Shown one piece after another: positions 1 to 9,869 of a DNA stretch of 55,292 nt. The translations under genes and the position numbers were made by a program. How positions within the stretch are numbered: position 1 is the first letter of the stretch; the number at the start of each line of letters is the position of its first letter. Below the pieces are notes generated by a model. The model saw only the letters and a list, made by a program, of their open reading frames with translations, ran no database searches and had not been told where the DNA came from. Origin of the DNA: Eubacteriales bacterium (GTDB lineage: Bacteria; Bacillota; Clostridia; Oscillospirales; CAG-272); contig JAZOSH010000076.1 in assembly GCA_045656985.1 (NCBI GenBank), positions 1 to 55,292 on the forward strand, written 5' to 3'.

Positions 1-76
1 TGCTCCGCCCTTGCGTGCTCACAACGGTCATAAACGAATATTGTCTGCACAAGTCCAAAGACAGGAGAGTTTTTGC

Positions 77-98
77 CAAGCTTTTTGCAAAAAGCTTG
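77..98. repeat. Perfect 22-bp palindrome in a REP-like intergenic element
   Basis: CAAGCTTTTTG|CAAAAAGCTTG read directly, followed by GC-rich GCCGCCGGAGGC. Confidence 0.6.
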
Positions 99-185
99 CC
101 GCCGGAGGCTCGCGTCCTCCCCGATAAATCAAAATTTGAAATCCTATTCTAAATCTTTTAATATTACAGAAAGGAACTGATTATT

Positions 186-1463
186 ATGCGTTTAAATGAA
201 GAACAGCAGGCGATACTTGACGGCTCAAAGGGCGAAACTATGGCGAAGGTCATGAAGACTCTCGTGATGTATGGTGATGCCTTCGGAGCAGAGAAGATGG
301 TGCCTGTTACCTCAAAATATAACCATCTTGTAACCTCGTTTGGACTCAAGATGATGACCCCCGTATTTGACCTTATGCAGCAGCTTATAGATGCGGGTGC
401 CGTTTCACAGCAGAAATTCTCGGTAGACCCGAGGCCTGTAGACAAGAATGTTCCCGCAAACATTTTGCAGAAGCTTATTTTCAACAAATTTATGTATAGC
501 ACACAGGAAATGTACGAGGGACAGCTTAAGGAGCTTGGTCTTATGAATGAGGATGCCTTTACCTGCGCGTGTTATCTTTCAGAGGTAGGCAACAGACCCG
601 AGAAGGGAGAGGTGCTTTCCTGGGCAGAGTCAAGCGCGGTGGTTTATGCAAACTCGGTGCTTGGTGCGCGTTGCAACAGAAACTCGGGAATTATGGATAT
701 CATGGGTTCTATCGTGGGCTATGTTCCTTATTTCGGACTCCTCACAGACGAGGGCAGACGCGCTACCTGGATAGTCAAGATAGAGACCGAAAAGAAGCCC
801 GAGGCACAGCTTTTAGGCTCGGCTATCGGTATGAAGGTAATGGAGGCAGTGCCCTACATTTACGGACTTGACAAGTGGCTTGGCAATGAGCTCAATGATT
901 CTGCTTGTGCATATCTCAAGGACTTTGGCGCAGCAACTGCATCAAACGGAGCGGTAGGCCTTTACCATGTTGACGGACTTACCCCCGAGGCAGTTGAGTC
1001 GGGCGACGCTCTTATCGCGGAGGGCGCAGAGGTCTATGTGATTGATGATGCCGAGCTTGAGAGAGTAAAGGCAAATTATCCCGTTATCTGGAAGAACCCC
1101 AATGCAAAGCCCAAGCTTTGCTTTATGGGATGTCCTCATATGTCGCTTGAGCAGCTCAAGGACTGGACAGACAAGATTGAAGCAGGACTTCGTGCGGCAG
1201 GCAACAAGAAGGTGCTTATTCCCACGGTATTCACCGCTTCTCCCGCAGTGCTTCGCGAGTTTGAGGCAACCGAATATGCCGCAAGACTCAAGGCAACAGG
1301 CGTTATCACATCGTATATCTGCCCTCTTATGTATATGAACAATCCGCTTTGCAAGACGATGCCCGTTATAACCTCGTCAAACAAGCTCCGCACATACACA
1401 ACGGCAAGATATTATACAGATGACGAGATACTTGAGGCACTTACAAAAGGAGGTAAGAGATAA
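186..1463 (+). CDS. Aconitase X catalytic (large) subunit, DUF521 family
   Basis: FTCACY, WAESSAVVYANSVLGARCNR, GAATASNGAVGLYHVDGLTPEA and GCPH motifs; paired with swivel subunit. Confidence 0.85.
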   Translation: MRLNEEQQAILDGSKGETMAKVMKTLVMYGDAFGAEKMVPVTSKYNHLVTSFGLKMMTPVFDLMQQLIDAGAVSQQKFSVDPRPVDKNVPANILQKLIFNKFMYSTQEMYEGQLKELGLMNEDAFTCACYLSEVGNRPEKGEVLSWAESSAVVYANSVLGARCNRNSGIMDIMGSIVGYVPYFGLLTDEGRRATWIVKIETEKKPEAQLLGSAIGMKVMEAVPYIYGLDKWLGNELNDSACAYLKDFGAATASNGAVGLYHVDGLTPEAVESGDALIAEGAEVYVIDDAELERVKANYPVIWKNPNAKPKLCFMGCPHMSLEQLKDWTDKIEAGLRAAGNKKVLIPTVFTASPAVLREFEATEYAARLKATGVITSYICPLMYMNNPLCKTMPVITSSNKLRTYTTARYYTDDEILEALTKGGKR

Positions 1464-1906
1464 TGAGAGAATTCAAGGGTAGAGTAGTAACTCCCGGCAC
1501 AGTTACTGCCGAGGCGGTGGTAACACACGGCGGCTTTAACACACTTGCCTCTCTTCAGGGCGCGCTTCAGTTCGGTGACGAGACGGCGACCTGCAAGGAT
1601 CAGAACAATCCCGACCTCTTTGGCAAGCCCACGGCAGGAAAGGCGCTTTGCCTTCCTATGACGATAGGCTCAACCACGGGCGGACTTGTCCTTTATTGCG
1701 CTTGCGCTATGAAGCGTCAACCCGCATGCATGCTCTTTTCGGAGCATATTGACTCGCTCGCAGCGGCAGGAGCTATTCTTGCAGATGTATGGATAGATGA
1801 TGTAACTATGCCCGTTGTTGACTGCCTTGGCGCAGAGTTCCTTGATTATGTCAAGGACGGAATGAAGATAACCGTTAAGGATGACGGCGTAGTAGTCGTT
1901 GAGTGA
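1463..1906 (+). CDS. Aconitase X swivel (small) subunit, DUF126 family
   Basis: GKALCLPMTIGSTTGG motif; TAATG overlap with upstream gene. Confidence 0.85.
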   Translation: MREFKGRVVTPGTVTAEAVVTHGGFNTLASLQGALQFGDETATCKDQNNPDLFGKPTAGKALCLPMTIGSTTGGLVLYCACAMKRQPACMLFSEHIDSLAAAGAILADVWIDDVTMPVVDCLGAEFLDYVKDGMKITVKDDGVVVVE

Positions 1907-1907
1907 T

Positions 1908-1943
1908 AAAAAAGACAGAGAACATTTTGTTCTCTGTCTTTTT
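1908..1943 (+). terminator. Intrinsic terminator
   Basis: AAAAAGACAGAGAACA-TTT-TGTTCTCTGTCTTTTT hairpin. Confidence 0.75.
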
Positions 1944-2034
1944 CTATGTTTTTGCGTCGGCAGAACAACAAGATGTTGATTTTTTCCAACTTGTGTGATA
2001 AAATACAAGAGCAAAGCATTTTTAGGAGAGTAAA

Positions 2035-3306
2035 ATGAAGGCGGAGATAAAAAGAATTTATGCTGATATATTAAGAGAGGAGCTTGTTCCCGCTATGGGA
2101 TGCACCGAGCCCATCTCGGTGGCTTACGCCTCGGCGCTTGCCAGAAAAACACTTGGAGCTATGCCCGAGAGGGTCAAGCTTGCCGTCAGCGCAAATATCA
2201 TAAAGAATGTAAAGAGCGTAGTTGTTCCCAATACGGGAGGGCTTCACGGCATAGAGGCGGCGGTTGCCGCAGGCATTGTCGCAGGAGACTCCGATAGGGA
2301 GCTTGAGGTGCTCTCTTGCGTAAAGGAGCAGGAAATAGAAGGCATAAAGAGTTATCTTTCAAAGACGCCTATAGAGGTCATAGCCACGGGAGGAAACTGC
2401 GTTTTTGAGATAAAGATAACCGTCTTTTGCGATGACAGCCGTGCAACCGTTCATCTTGCAGGTGACCATACCAATATAATCCATATTGAACGCGACTCCG
2501 AGGTGCTTTATCATAAGGAGTATGCTGAGAAGGGTGATGGCGCAAAGCCATACCGCGACAAGCTTGATATTGCCACTATCGTTGAGTTTGCCGACGAAGT
2601 GGAGATAGAAGAAATAAAGGAGCTTCTTTCAAGGCAGATAGAATACAATACCGCTATTGCCGAGGAGGGGCTTCGCGGCAATTGGGGAGCGTGTATCGGT
2701 AAGATATTGCTTTCGTCATACGGAGACAGCGTGTCAAACCGCGCAAAGGCTATGGCGGCGGCAGGCTCTGATGCGCGAATGAGCGGGTGTGAGCTACCCG
2801 TTATTATAAATTCGGGAAGCGGAAATCAGGGAATGACTGTATCTCTTCCTGTGATCGAATATGCCAAGGAGCTTGGTGTCAGCTTTGATACTACACTTCG
2901 CGCGCTCGCGGTTTCAAACCTCGTTGCTATACATATGAAGACAGGTATCGGCTGTCTTTCCGCCTACTGCGGAGCCACAAGTGCCGCTTGCGGCGCGGCG
3001 GCGGGAATAACATATATTTTTGGCGGCAAGGCAGATGAGATATCGCATACGATAGTCAATGCGGTGGCGATAAATTCGGGAATGATCTGCGACGGAGCCA
3101 AGCCCAGCTGCGCTGCAAAGATAGCGTCAGCCGTTGAGGCGGGACTTATCGGAATGCAGATGCAAAGGCACGGCTCGCAGTTCTATGCGGGAGAGGGAAT
3201 TGTTGTCAAAGGTGTTGAGAATACCATACGCAATGTTGGCGAGCTCGCAAGCATAGGCATGAAGGAAACCGATGAGGAGATCATCAGGCTGATGATAAAT
3301 AGCTGA
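2035..3306 (+). CDS. UPF0597 / serine dehydratase-alpha family Fe-S lyase (CyuA/YhaM-like L-cysteine desulfidase)
   Basis: PAMGCTEP, SDARMSG, SGSGNQG, GMICDGAKPSCAAK motifs. Confidence 0.85.
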   Translation: MKAEIKRIYADILREELVPAMGCTEPISVAYASALARKTLGAMPERVKLAVSANIIKNVKSVVVPNTGGLHGIEAAVAAGIVAGDSDRELEVLSCVKEQEIEGIKSYLSKTPIEVIATGGNCVFEIKITVFCDDSRATVHLAGDHTNIIHIERDSEVLYHKEYAEKGDGAKPYRDKLDIATIVEFADEVEIEEIKELLSRQIEYNTAIAEEGLRGNWGACIGKILLSSYGDSVSNRAKAMAAAGSDARMSGCELPVIINSGSGNQGMTVSLPVIEYAKELGVSFDTTLRALAVSNLVAIHMKTGIGCLSAYCGATSAACGAAAGITYIFGGKADEISHTIVNAVAINSGMICDGAKPSCAAKIASAVEAGLIGMQMQRHGSQFYAGEGIVVKGVENTIRNVGELASIGMKETDEEIIRLMINS

Positions 3307-3310
3307 ATTA

Positions 3311-3349
3311 ATGGCGCTGTGTCATAAGAGCACAGCGCCATAGCTTTTT
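3311..3349 (+). terminator. Intrinsic terminator
   Basis: TGGCGCTGTG...CACAGCGCCA stem followed by T-run. Confidence 0.7.
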
Positions 3350-3456
3350 ACCTTTTAATTTCTGCAAAAAAGCTTTGAAATACTGCAGAAAGACACGCGG
3401 ATGCTTGACTCATCCCTCGAGGTATGATAAAATGAAAAAAAACATCGGGGGACAGT

Positions 3457-4950
3457 ATGATAAATATTGGTAACAGAAGAGAATGCTTTTTTGATAATTT
3501 TCTCATTGACGAAGAGAAAACAACTGCCGAGAAGCGACTGCATAAGCCCGTGCGTCGTGGCGTGATACTTGAGCTTGACAAGCCTTGGGAGAGCAATCAT
3601 GTCACCATCTTTACCATAATCTTTGCAGAGGGTAAGTGGCGCATGTACTATGTTGACGCACCAAAGCAGTGTGTCCTCTATGCCGAGAGCGACGATGCGA
3701 TAAATTGGGTGCGCCCCGATCTTGGCATTGTTGAGTTTGAGGGCTCAAAGCACAATAATATTCTTATCAGCAAGGAAATGTTCGCAGAACACGGATTTGC
3801 GATATTTGATAATATGTCGGTCATGTATGACGAAAATCCCGAGTGTCCTGCAGATGAGAAGTATAAGATGGTCGCCCTTTGGTGCGGTCATGCATCCCTT
3901 CTCATGCTTACAAGTGCTGATGGGCTTCATTTTGATAAGTGCCGTCTGCTTACCGACGACGGCGAGTTTGACTCGCAGAACCGTCTTTTCTGGAGTCGCG
4001 AGCACGGCAAGTATTTCTGTTATTTCAGGGGAGAGCATGAGCCTGACAAGACTCGTACCTCGACAGACTATTCCTATACCGATAAGGTAGCAAGAGCGCT
4101 TATTGACCCCGAAAAGTTCCTTCAGCGCGAGCCGGGCGACGGCACGGCGAGCTTTATGAGAGATATAAAAGTTTCGGAGTCGAAGGACTGCATTAACTGG
4201 ACTCCTTCAAGAAAGATAAATACAACAGGACTTGATTTTCAGCTCTATAATAACTGCATCTTCCCCTATCCCCGCGCGCCTCACATCTTTGTTGGTCTTA
4301 CCCTGCGCTATGCTGAACGCAAGGCGTGGACAAAGAACTATGATGAGCTTTGCGGAAGAGAGCAGAGAATAGACAGAATAAGAAAGCAGCTCCGCTTTGG
4401 TCTTGCTGTGACCGACGGCCTCTTTATGACGAGCCGAGACGGGTATGATTTCACAAAATACGATGAGGCAATACTTCCTCCTCCGCCCGAAAATCCCGAT
4501 GCCTTCGTTTATGGCGACGGAACGATGATTCCCGCGCTTATCGAGGTGCCCTCGGATATCCCCGGTGCCGAGAATGAGTATATGATAATAGTTCGTGAGA
4601 GCTTCCGCACGGCAACGGGCTGTTGTAAACTCGTCAAATACACGATACGCCTTGACGGATTCGTTTCAATGCACGCAGGCGGTGAGGAGAGAGTTGCTGC
4701 GACGCATGAGATTGTGTATGACGGCAGCGAGCTTTATGCGAATATCGCGACCTCGGCGCGTGGATACGCGTATTTCACGCTTAAGTGCGGCGACGAGGAA
4801 TACACATCCTGTGAGATGTTTGGAAATTCAACCGATAAGCGAATTCGCTTTGAGGACGATGAAGCGGTAAAGCGTCTTTCAGGCAAGGCAGTCACCCTTG
4901 AGGTCAGAATGTTTGACTGTGATATTTATTCAATAAGATTTGGAAAATAA
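3457..4950 (+). CDS. Putative five-bladed beta-propeller glycosidase-like protein
   Basis: Repeated Asp-box-like motifs (YAESDDAINW, TSADGLHF, SESKDCINW, TSRDGYDF) and C-terminal RLDGFVS. Confidence 0.6.
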   Translation: MINIGNRRECFFDNFLIDEEKTTAEKRLHKPVRRGVILELDKPWESNHVTIFTIIFAEGKWRMYYVDAPKQCVLYAESDDAINWVRPDLGIVEFEGSKHNNILISKEMFAEHGFAIFDNMSVMYDENPECPADEKYKMVALWCGHASLLMLTSADGLHFDKCRLLTDDGEFDSQNRLFWSREHGKYFCYFRGEHEPDKTRTSTDYSYTDKVARALIDPEKFLQREPGDGTASFMRDIKVSESKDCINWTPSRKINTTGLDFQLYNNCIFPYPRAPHIFVGLTLRYAERKAWTKNYDELCGREQRIDRIRKQLRFGLAVTDGLFMTSRDGYDFTKYDEAILPPPPENPDAFVYGDGTMIPALIEVPSDIPGAENEYMIIVRESFRTATGCCKLVKYTIRLDGFVSMHAGGEERVAATHEIVYDGSELYANIATSARGYAYFTLKCGDEEYTSCEMFGNSTDKRIRFEDDEAVKRLSGKAVTLEVRMFDCDIYSIRFGK

Positions 4951-4985
4951 AAAAAGCCATATCGCAAAGCGATATGGCTTTTTTG
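4951..4985. terminator. Bidirectional terminator between convergent genes
   Basis: AAAAAGCCATATCGC-AAA-GCGATATGGCTTTTT. Confidence 0.8.
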
Positions 4986-5681
4986 TCAGAAATATTTTCT
5001 GAGCTTGAATTTATCTTCAAATACAAGGTGCTTCTCAAGAAGGGAGGAGAGGAGCTTTATGAGTGTTCCGTTAAGCAATGCGCAGACAACCGTGCCAAGC
5101 TTTATTCCCTCAAAGTTCCAAAGCCCAAAGAAGGCAAAGGACATCGCAACACTTATAAGGAAGCTCGTGCAGTCATAACATGTCTTAAATTTGTGAAGGT
5201 CGAGACCAAATTTCTGCGAGACCTCCTTGACAAACAGCTCATACACCTCGGGGGATATGTATGTGTGAAAGAGCATCGCCACGCCGAAGGAGCAGGTCAG
5301 CATACCGATAACATAAAGGATAGCATCTATCGCAATGTGTGTCGGCGGCACAAGGGCAAGAAGCGCCATGGCGCCGTCAAGTAAAAAGCCGTAGATCACT
5401 GCTGTAACAAATGAGAAGAAATAGGAAAGCTTCACGCGGCGGAGAAGGATCATCATAAATATGAGAATGATCGCCTGCAGAGTGTATTCAGCCATTCCAA
5501 AGCTGAAAAAGGGAAGGAACTCTGATATTTTAAGGTGAAGAAGATAGGCAGGCGCCACCACCATTGATACGCCGAAGTCGGCGCGCTCCATCAATGCCGT
5601 GCTAACGGCGAGCGCTACAAGTCCGATAATATATGCAAGCTCGGAATAAAATACCTTTTTTGTTTTCATAAGCTCTCCCAA
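4986..5681 (-). CDS. YczE/YyaS/YitT-like (DUF6198) membrane protein
   Basis: Multiple hydrophobic segments; ADFGVSMVVAPAY and GIKLGTVVCALLNG motifs. Confidence 0.75.
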   Translation of the reverse strand: MGELMKTKKVFYSELAYIIGLVALAVSTALMERADFGVSMVVAPAYLLHLKISEFLPFFSFGMAEYTLQAIILIFMMILLRRVKLSYFFSFVTAVIYGFLLDGAMALLALVPPTHIAIDAILYVIGMLTCSFGVAMLFHTYISPEVYELFVKEVSQKFGLDLHKFKTCYDCTSFLISVAMSFAFFGLWNFEGIKLGTVVCALLNGTLIKLLSSLLEKHLVFEDKFKLRKYF

Positions 5682-6080
5682 AATTACTGTCGTTCCGACA
5701 AATTTCTATCGAGAAATTGTACCATAAAAACAGGGAATTGTCAAGAGCAAGACAGGGAGAAAAGTACTACCGCGTAGTGGTATTTGTGTCCAAGTGAGTT
5801 ACAACATATTTGAGTACAGATAGGGGTCTTTCTTGTGTAACTGTTTTGGAAATGATTAACTCAAAATTGACTATACATTTAACTGATTTTATGTTATAAT
5901 TATCATAACGATTTTCTAACTGTTCGGGAATTCTGAACATTTTAGGTAAGGAGCCTTGCAATGACAAAACAAGAATTCCTTGTGAATGCAAGCTTCGAGG
6001 CAACACGAAGAAAGAAGAAACAAACCAAAATCGCGGACAAATAAGAATTTGTAAATGTGAGAATTTAAGGGGAATGTAAA

Positions 6081-6797
6081 GTGCAATATATAAAAACAGA
6101 AAAATACGATATCAATTTAGTCAATCAAAAAATTATGGGACCTAACCCGTTAAAATTGGAAGAAGAACTTGTGAAAGATAATAGAATCAAAGCAGGCGCT
6201 GTTGTTATGGATTTGGGTAGCGGACAAGGAATCACTTCTGTATTTTTGGCAAAAGAATATGGATTTAAGGTTTATGCAACAGACCTTTGGAGTGATGCAG
6301 AAGAAAATCAAAAGTTCTTTGCTGAAATGGGATTGACAGAGCAGGATATTATTGCTGTAAAAGCGGATGCTACGGATTTAAAATACGAAAAAGAATTCTT
6401 TGATGCAGTTGTTAGTACAGATTCCTATAATTATTTTGGAAGAGATGCCGACTATTTAGATAAAAAACTTTTACCCTTTGTTAAGAGAGATGGTTACATT
6501 TATATAGTTGTTCCGGGAATGAAAAAAGACTGTCATAATAATATTCCAAAAGAATTATTATTATCTTGGACCCCTGAACAATTAGACTATATCCATGATG
6601 TAGAATATTGGAAAAACATTGTTTCAAAATCCAAGGACAGTGAGCTTATTTCCATTGGCGAAATGGAAAGCAATGAGGAATGCTGGAACGATTGGATACA
6701 GTGCGATAATGAATATTCTATAAATGACAGAAAAGCCATTGAAGCAGGGGCATGTAAATATTTGAACTTTATTGCCATTGTTTTAAAGAAAAAATAA
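6081..6797 (+). CDS. Class I SAM-dependent methyltransferase
   Basis: VMDLGSGQG motif I, FFDAVVS; GTG start after GGGGA RBS; AT-rich versus flanks. Confidence 0.85.
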   Translation: MQYIKTEKYDINLVNQKIMGPNPLKLEEELVKDNRIKAGAVVMDLGSGQGITSVFLAKEYGFKVYATDLWSDAEENQKFFAEMGLTEQDIIAVKADATDLKYEKEFFDAVVSTDSYNYFGRDADYLDKKLLPFVKRDGYIYIVVPGMKKDCHNNIPKELLLSWTPEQLDYIHDVEYWKNIVSKSKDSELISIGEMESNEECWNDWIQCDNEYSINDRKAIEAGACKYLNFIAIVLKKK

Positions 6798-6842
6798 GTG
6801 CTGATAACAGGCCTGTAAATTCCAATTTTTTGAGGAATTAAA

Positions 6843-7502
6843 ATGATTGATTTTTTAGAAACAGAACGCCTCATCCTTCGCCCGTGGCGCGAGAATGACG
6901 CGGAGGATTTATATAAATATGCGAGCGACCCGGAGGTCGGTCCGCCCGCCGGATGGCCACCGCACACGAGCGTGGAGAATAGCTGCGAGATCATTCGCAC
7001 GGTGCTTTCCGCGCCCGAAACCTTTGCTGTGTGTCAGAAAGAGGACGGCAAACCTATTGGAAGCATAGGATTTCATCGTAACGACCTTGCCGAAGATGAT
7101 GACGAATACGAGCTCGGCTTCTGGATTGGAAAGCCGTTTTGGGGGAGTGGACTTATTCCCGAGGCGTCGCGAGAGATGCTCCGATACGCCTTTGAGGACC
7201 TCAAAATGAATCGAATCTGGTGCGGATATTATGATGGCAATGAGAAAAGCTGTCGCGTACAAGAAAAGCTTGGCTTCGTATATCAGCACAAGACCGAAGG
7301 CATTGAAGTGACTCTCTTGAATGAGATCCGCACGGGGCACTCTAACCTTATGACAAAGGAGCGTTGGCAGAAGGTAGAGCTCTTTCGTAAGCAGAAGAAA
7401 CTGCTCGATACATTTCGTAAAACAAACGCCATCTCTCAAGCGCAGTACGATAAGAGTTTTGGTGATTTGCGTGACTTGATGGAGATGCACGGGGTCGAAT
7501 AA
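6843..7502 (+). CDS. RimJ/RimL-type GNAT N-acetyltransferase with C-terminal helical extension
   Basis: [37 protein letters not shown]. Confidence 0.85.
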   Translation: MIDFLETERLILRPWRENDAEDLYKYASDPEVGPPAGWPPHTSVENSCEIIRTVLSAPETFAVCQKEDGKPIGSIGFHRNDLAEDDDEYELGFWIGKPFWGSGLIPEASREMLRYAFEDLKMNRIWCGYYDGNEKSCRVQEKLGFVYQHKTEGIEVTLLNEIRTGHSNLMTKERWQKVELFRKQKKLLDTFRKTNAISQAQYDKSFGDLRDLMEMHGVE

Positions 7503-7612
7503 AAAACTCAAGTTGAATTCAAAATAATGCTGAATTTTCGCTATCTCTTGTGTCACCTTGTTGTGCTATGGGAGGTGGCGATTTACGATGCGCTGACGGA
7601 CTAAAGGAATAG

Positions 7613-7641
7613 AAAAAGGGCTACCGTGAGGTAGCCCTTTT
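7613..7641. terminator. Bidirectional terminator
   Basis: AAAAAGGGCTACC-GTGA-GGTAGCCCTTTT. Confidence 0.75.
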
Positions 7642-7673
7642 GGTGTTTAAATCACCGATAAATTGGGAATTGT

Positions 7674-8423
7674 TTATTTGTGAGCGACTGCTCTTAATCT
7701 TCGATAATCAGCAACCCATGCTTCTCCATTCCAAAGAGGTTCTCTCGTTAATGCTGCAACCTCGTCAATAATCAAAGATTGTATGTGTTCGGGCATTACT
7801 GTTAATTCGGAAGCGAAGAACTGTTTCAGGAAATTGGCCAATCCTTGCTCGCCGTCTTTGAATACGGTTGGTCTATCGAAATCGTAGATTTTATCAATTA
7901 TAAATCCATTTTTCTCTAATATTCCCCCAAAAATCTCTACCGTAGGAAAATTAAACTTAGGTTTATAACTATATCCCAATCTTTCATATACCTTGATAAA
8001 CGCATTTTCAATCGTAGCAATGTTACCATTCGCACCAAACTCACATACAAGTAATCCCTGTGGTTTCAATGCTTTATGTATGTTTTTAAGCAAAGCGTTA
8101 TGGTCGTTTATCCAATGAAAAACGGCGTTTGAAAAAACAACATCAAATTCTTCATCAAAAGGCAACGCAAGTGCATCACATACCGAAAACTCAATGTTTT
8201 CAAACTGTTTTTTTGCTTTATCTATCATGTTTTGTGAGCTATCAACGCCAACAACTTTGCTACACAGATCAGCTAATTGTGCTGTAAGCGTTCCTGTTCC
8301 ACAGCCCAAATCCAAGATATTTTGTTCATTATTCTTGGGGATAAACTCCAACAAGCCTTTGCCGTATTCAGCCACAAAATCGTGTTTTTTATCATACAAC
8401 GATGAATTCCATTCCATTGTCAT
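7674..8423 (-). CDS. Class I SAM-dependent methyltransferase (Tam-like)
   Basis: ILDLGCGTG, FDVVFSNAVFHW, ADYRRLR. Confidence 0.85.
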   Translation of the reverse strand: MTMEWNSSLYDKKHDFVAEYGKGLLEFIPKNNEQNILDLGCGTGTLTAQLADLCSKVVGVDSSQNMIDKAKKQFENIEFSVCDALALPFDEEFDVVFSNAVFHWINDHNALLKNIHKALKPQGLLVCEFGANGNIATIENAFIKVYERLGYSYKPKFNFPTVEIFGGILEKNGFIIDKIYDFDRPTVFKDGEQGLANFLKQFFASELTVMPEHIQSLIIDEVAALTREPLWNGEAWVADYRRLRAVAHK

Positions 8424-8514
8424 TTTCTCCTACAAATTGTTATTTGTCGTATTTATTATTATAGCACAAAATAGTGAAAACCGCAATCCTTTCATCAAGA
8501 GTTGCGGTTGAATA

Positions 8515-8611
8515 GCGCAGAGAGGGATTCGCTCTCGCCTGCGGGCTCGGTCAGGGTGCGTTCTGACAGCCGCACAGGGCTGTCATTCATTTCACACCCG
8601 TTCGAATCCCT
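8515..8611. repeat. tRNA-3'-derived palindromic (REP/MITE-like) unit
   Basis: Ends AGGGATTCG (8523-8531) and CGAATCCCT (8603-8611) are inverted and match the tRNA-Ser T-arm; internal hairpins. Confidence 0.5.
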
Positions 8612-8618
8612 TTCAGAT

Positions 8619-8658
8619 ATAAAAATAACGAGCGGCAAAAGCCACTCGTCATTTTTAT
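8619..8658 (-). terminator. Terminator-like hairpin after the displaced tRNA 3' half
   Basis: ATAAAAATAACGAGCGGC-AAAA-GCCACTCGTCATTTTTAT imperfect stem. Confidence 0.6.
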
Positions 8659-8713
8659 GGCGGAGAGAGAGGGATTCGAACCCTCGTGTGCTTTCGCACA
8701 AACTGATTTCGAG
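8658..8713 (-). pseudogene. 3' half of split host tRNA-Ser(CGA) (anticodon loop to CCA); left att junction
   Basis: Reverse complement CTCGAAA-TCAGTTTGTGCGAAAGCACACGAGGGTTCGAATCCCTCTCTCTCCGCCA; similarity stops at the anticodon loop. Confidence 0.9.
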
Positions 8714-8907
8714 GAAGATTGTTGTTGTGTTATTTTGTCCCTTTTCGTCCCTTTGCGGTGTTTCTTTTCCTAAAAAACAGCCCTTTTTGTAGAAAAAAGG
8801 AATATAAAATGGAAAAGTGATAGAAAACTGCAAGATAGGAAAGTTTTTCAGAACATGAATTTGCACGCAGAAAAACGCCAAAGAGATGGATATGAAAGGA
8901 CTATAAT

Positions 8908-9183
8908 ATGGAACAAAACGAAATGTATAAAGCAATAGAGCACCTGTTAGAAAACTGTCCCGATGTGCTTACTCCAAAAAAGATTGTAAGATGGAGCCCA
9001 CTAGGAAAAAACACTGTATATGAAATTATAAAAAAAGGAGAATTGAGGTCGTTTAAATATAGAGGCACATATCTGATTGCTAAGAGCGACCTTGTACAGT
9101 ATTTGGTGGATCACGCTAATGATAAGCCTCGCAGGAATCTGTTTGTAAAGGAGAAAATGGCAGATGACAAAGAAGCTATCTAA
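8908..9183 (+). CDS. Excisionase-like helix-turn-helix (HTH_17) protein
   Basis: PDVLTPKKI...GKNTVYEIIKKGELRSFKYRGTYLIAKSDL; just inside left att. Confidence 0.75.
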   Translation: MEQNEMYKAIEHLLENCPDVLTPKKIVRWSPLGKNTVYEIIKKGELRSFKYRGTYLIAKSDLVQYLVDHANDKPRRNLFVKEKMADDKEAI

Positions 9184-9682
9184 AACTGTTACCGCCGAGG
9201 AGGCGGCAAAAATATTGCATATAAGTAAGCGGAAGTGTTCTTGGATGTTAGAGAATGGTATAATTCCATGTGAAGACACTGGAAAGAAAACAAGGCGATA
9301 CACAATATATCGCAAGGACGTACTTGAGTGTTCAAAAATAATGGATAGCATTGAATTTCCGCAAATGTTTTCTGCGGTTAAGGGAAACGTCAAAAAGGAA
9401 AACCTAACGGATGAACAAATCGAAAGCTATACCACATATCTTATCAAAAAATGGGAGGGGGTGAACGACGTGTTGACCGCAAAGATAATTTCTGACGTTT
9501 TAGGTTATAATATTGAAAGTGTACGCCGGTGGTTGCGGTCGGGTAAACTGCAAAGTGTTATCGTTCAAGGTGATTTTGTCGTAGCAAAGCTTTGGCTTGC
9601 AGAGTTTTGTTGCCATTATGGATATCGGATAGTAAAGAAAAGCGATAAACACAAGGCAATTGAAGAGGAATTTTTTGTATAA
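9164..9682 (+). CDS. Protein with two excisionase-like HTH domains
   Basis: TAEEAAKILHISKRK and VLTAKIISDVLGYNIESVRRWLRSGKL. Confidence 0.7.
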   Translation: MTKKLSKTVTAEEAAKILHISKRKCSWMLENGIIPCEDTGKKTRRYTIYRKDVLECSKIMDSIEFPQMFSAVKGNVKKENLTDEQIESYTTYLIKKWEGVNDVLTAKIISDVLGYNIESVRRWLRSGKLQSVIVQGDFVVAKLWLAEFCCHYGYRIVKKSDKHKAIEEEFFV

Positions 9683-9869
9683 CAGAAGCCCAGACATCTG
9701 TCAGGGCTTTTCCGAGTTGTTTAATACTTATTTTGCGCTAACGTTTTGTTTGTCTAAATTTGTATTGAGAGTGTACATAGAAGGGAAAAGGATTTCTATT
9801 AGCCAATTTTGAAAAAATATTGATTTTGGCTAATAGATGTGATATAATATGTATGCGAGGTGATGAATT

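Noticed and set aside
5765-5815. TACTACCGCGTAGTGGTA / ACAACATATTTGAGT as NrdR boxes or an element end
   Set aside because: Only a partial match, no ribonucleotide reductase gene nearby and no partner site found
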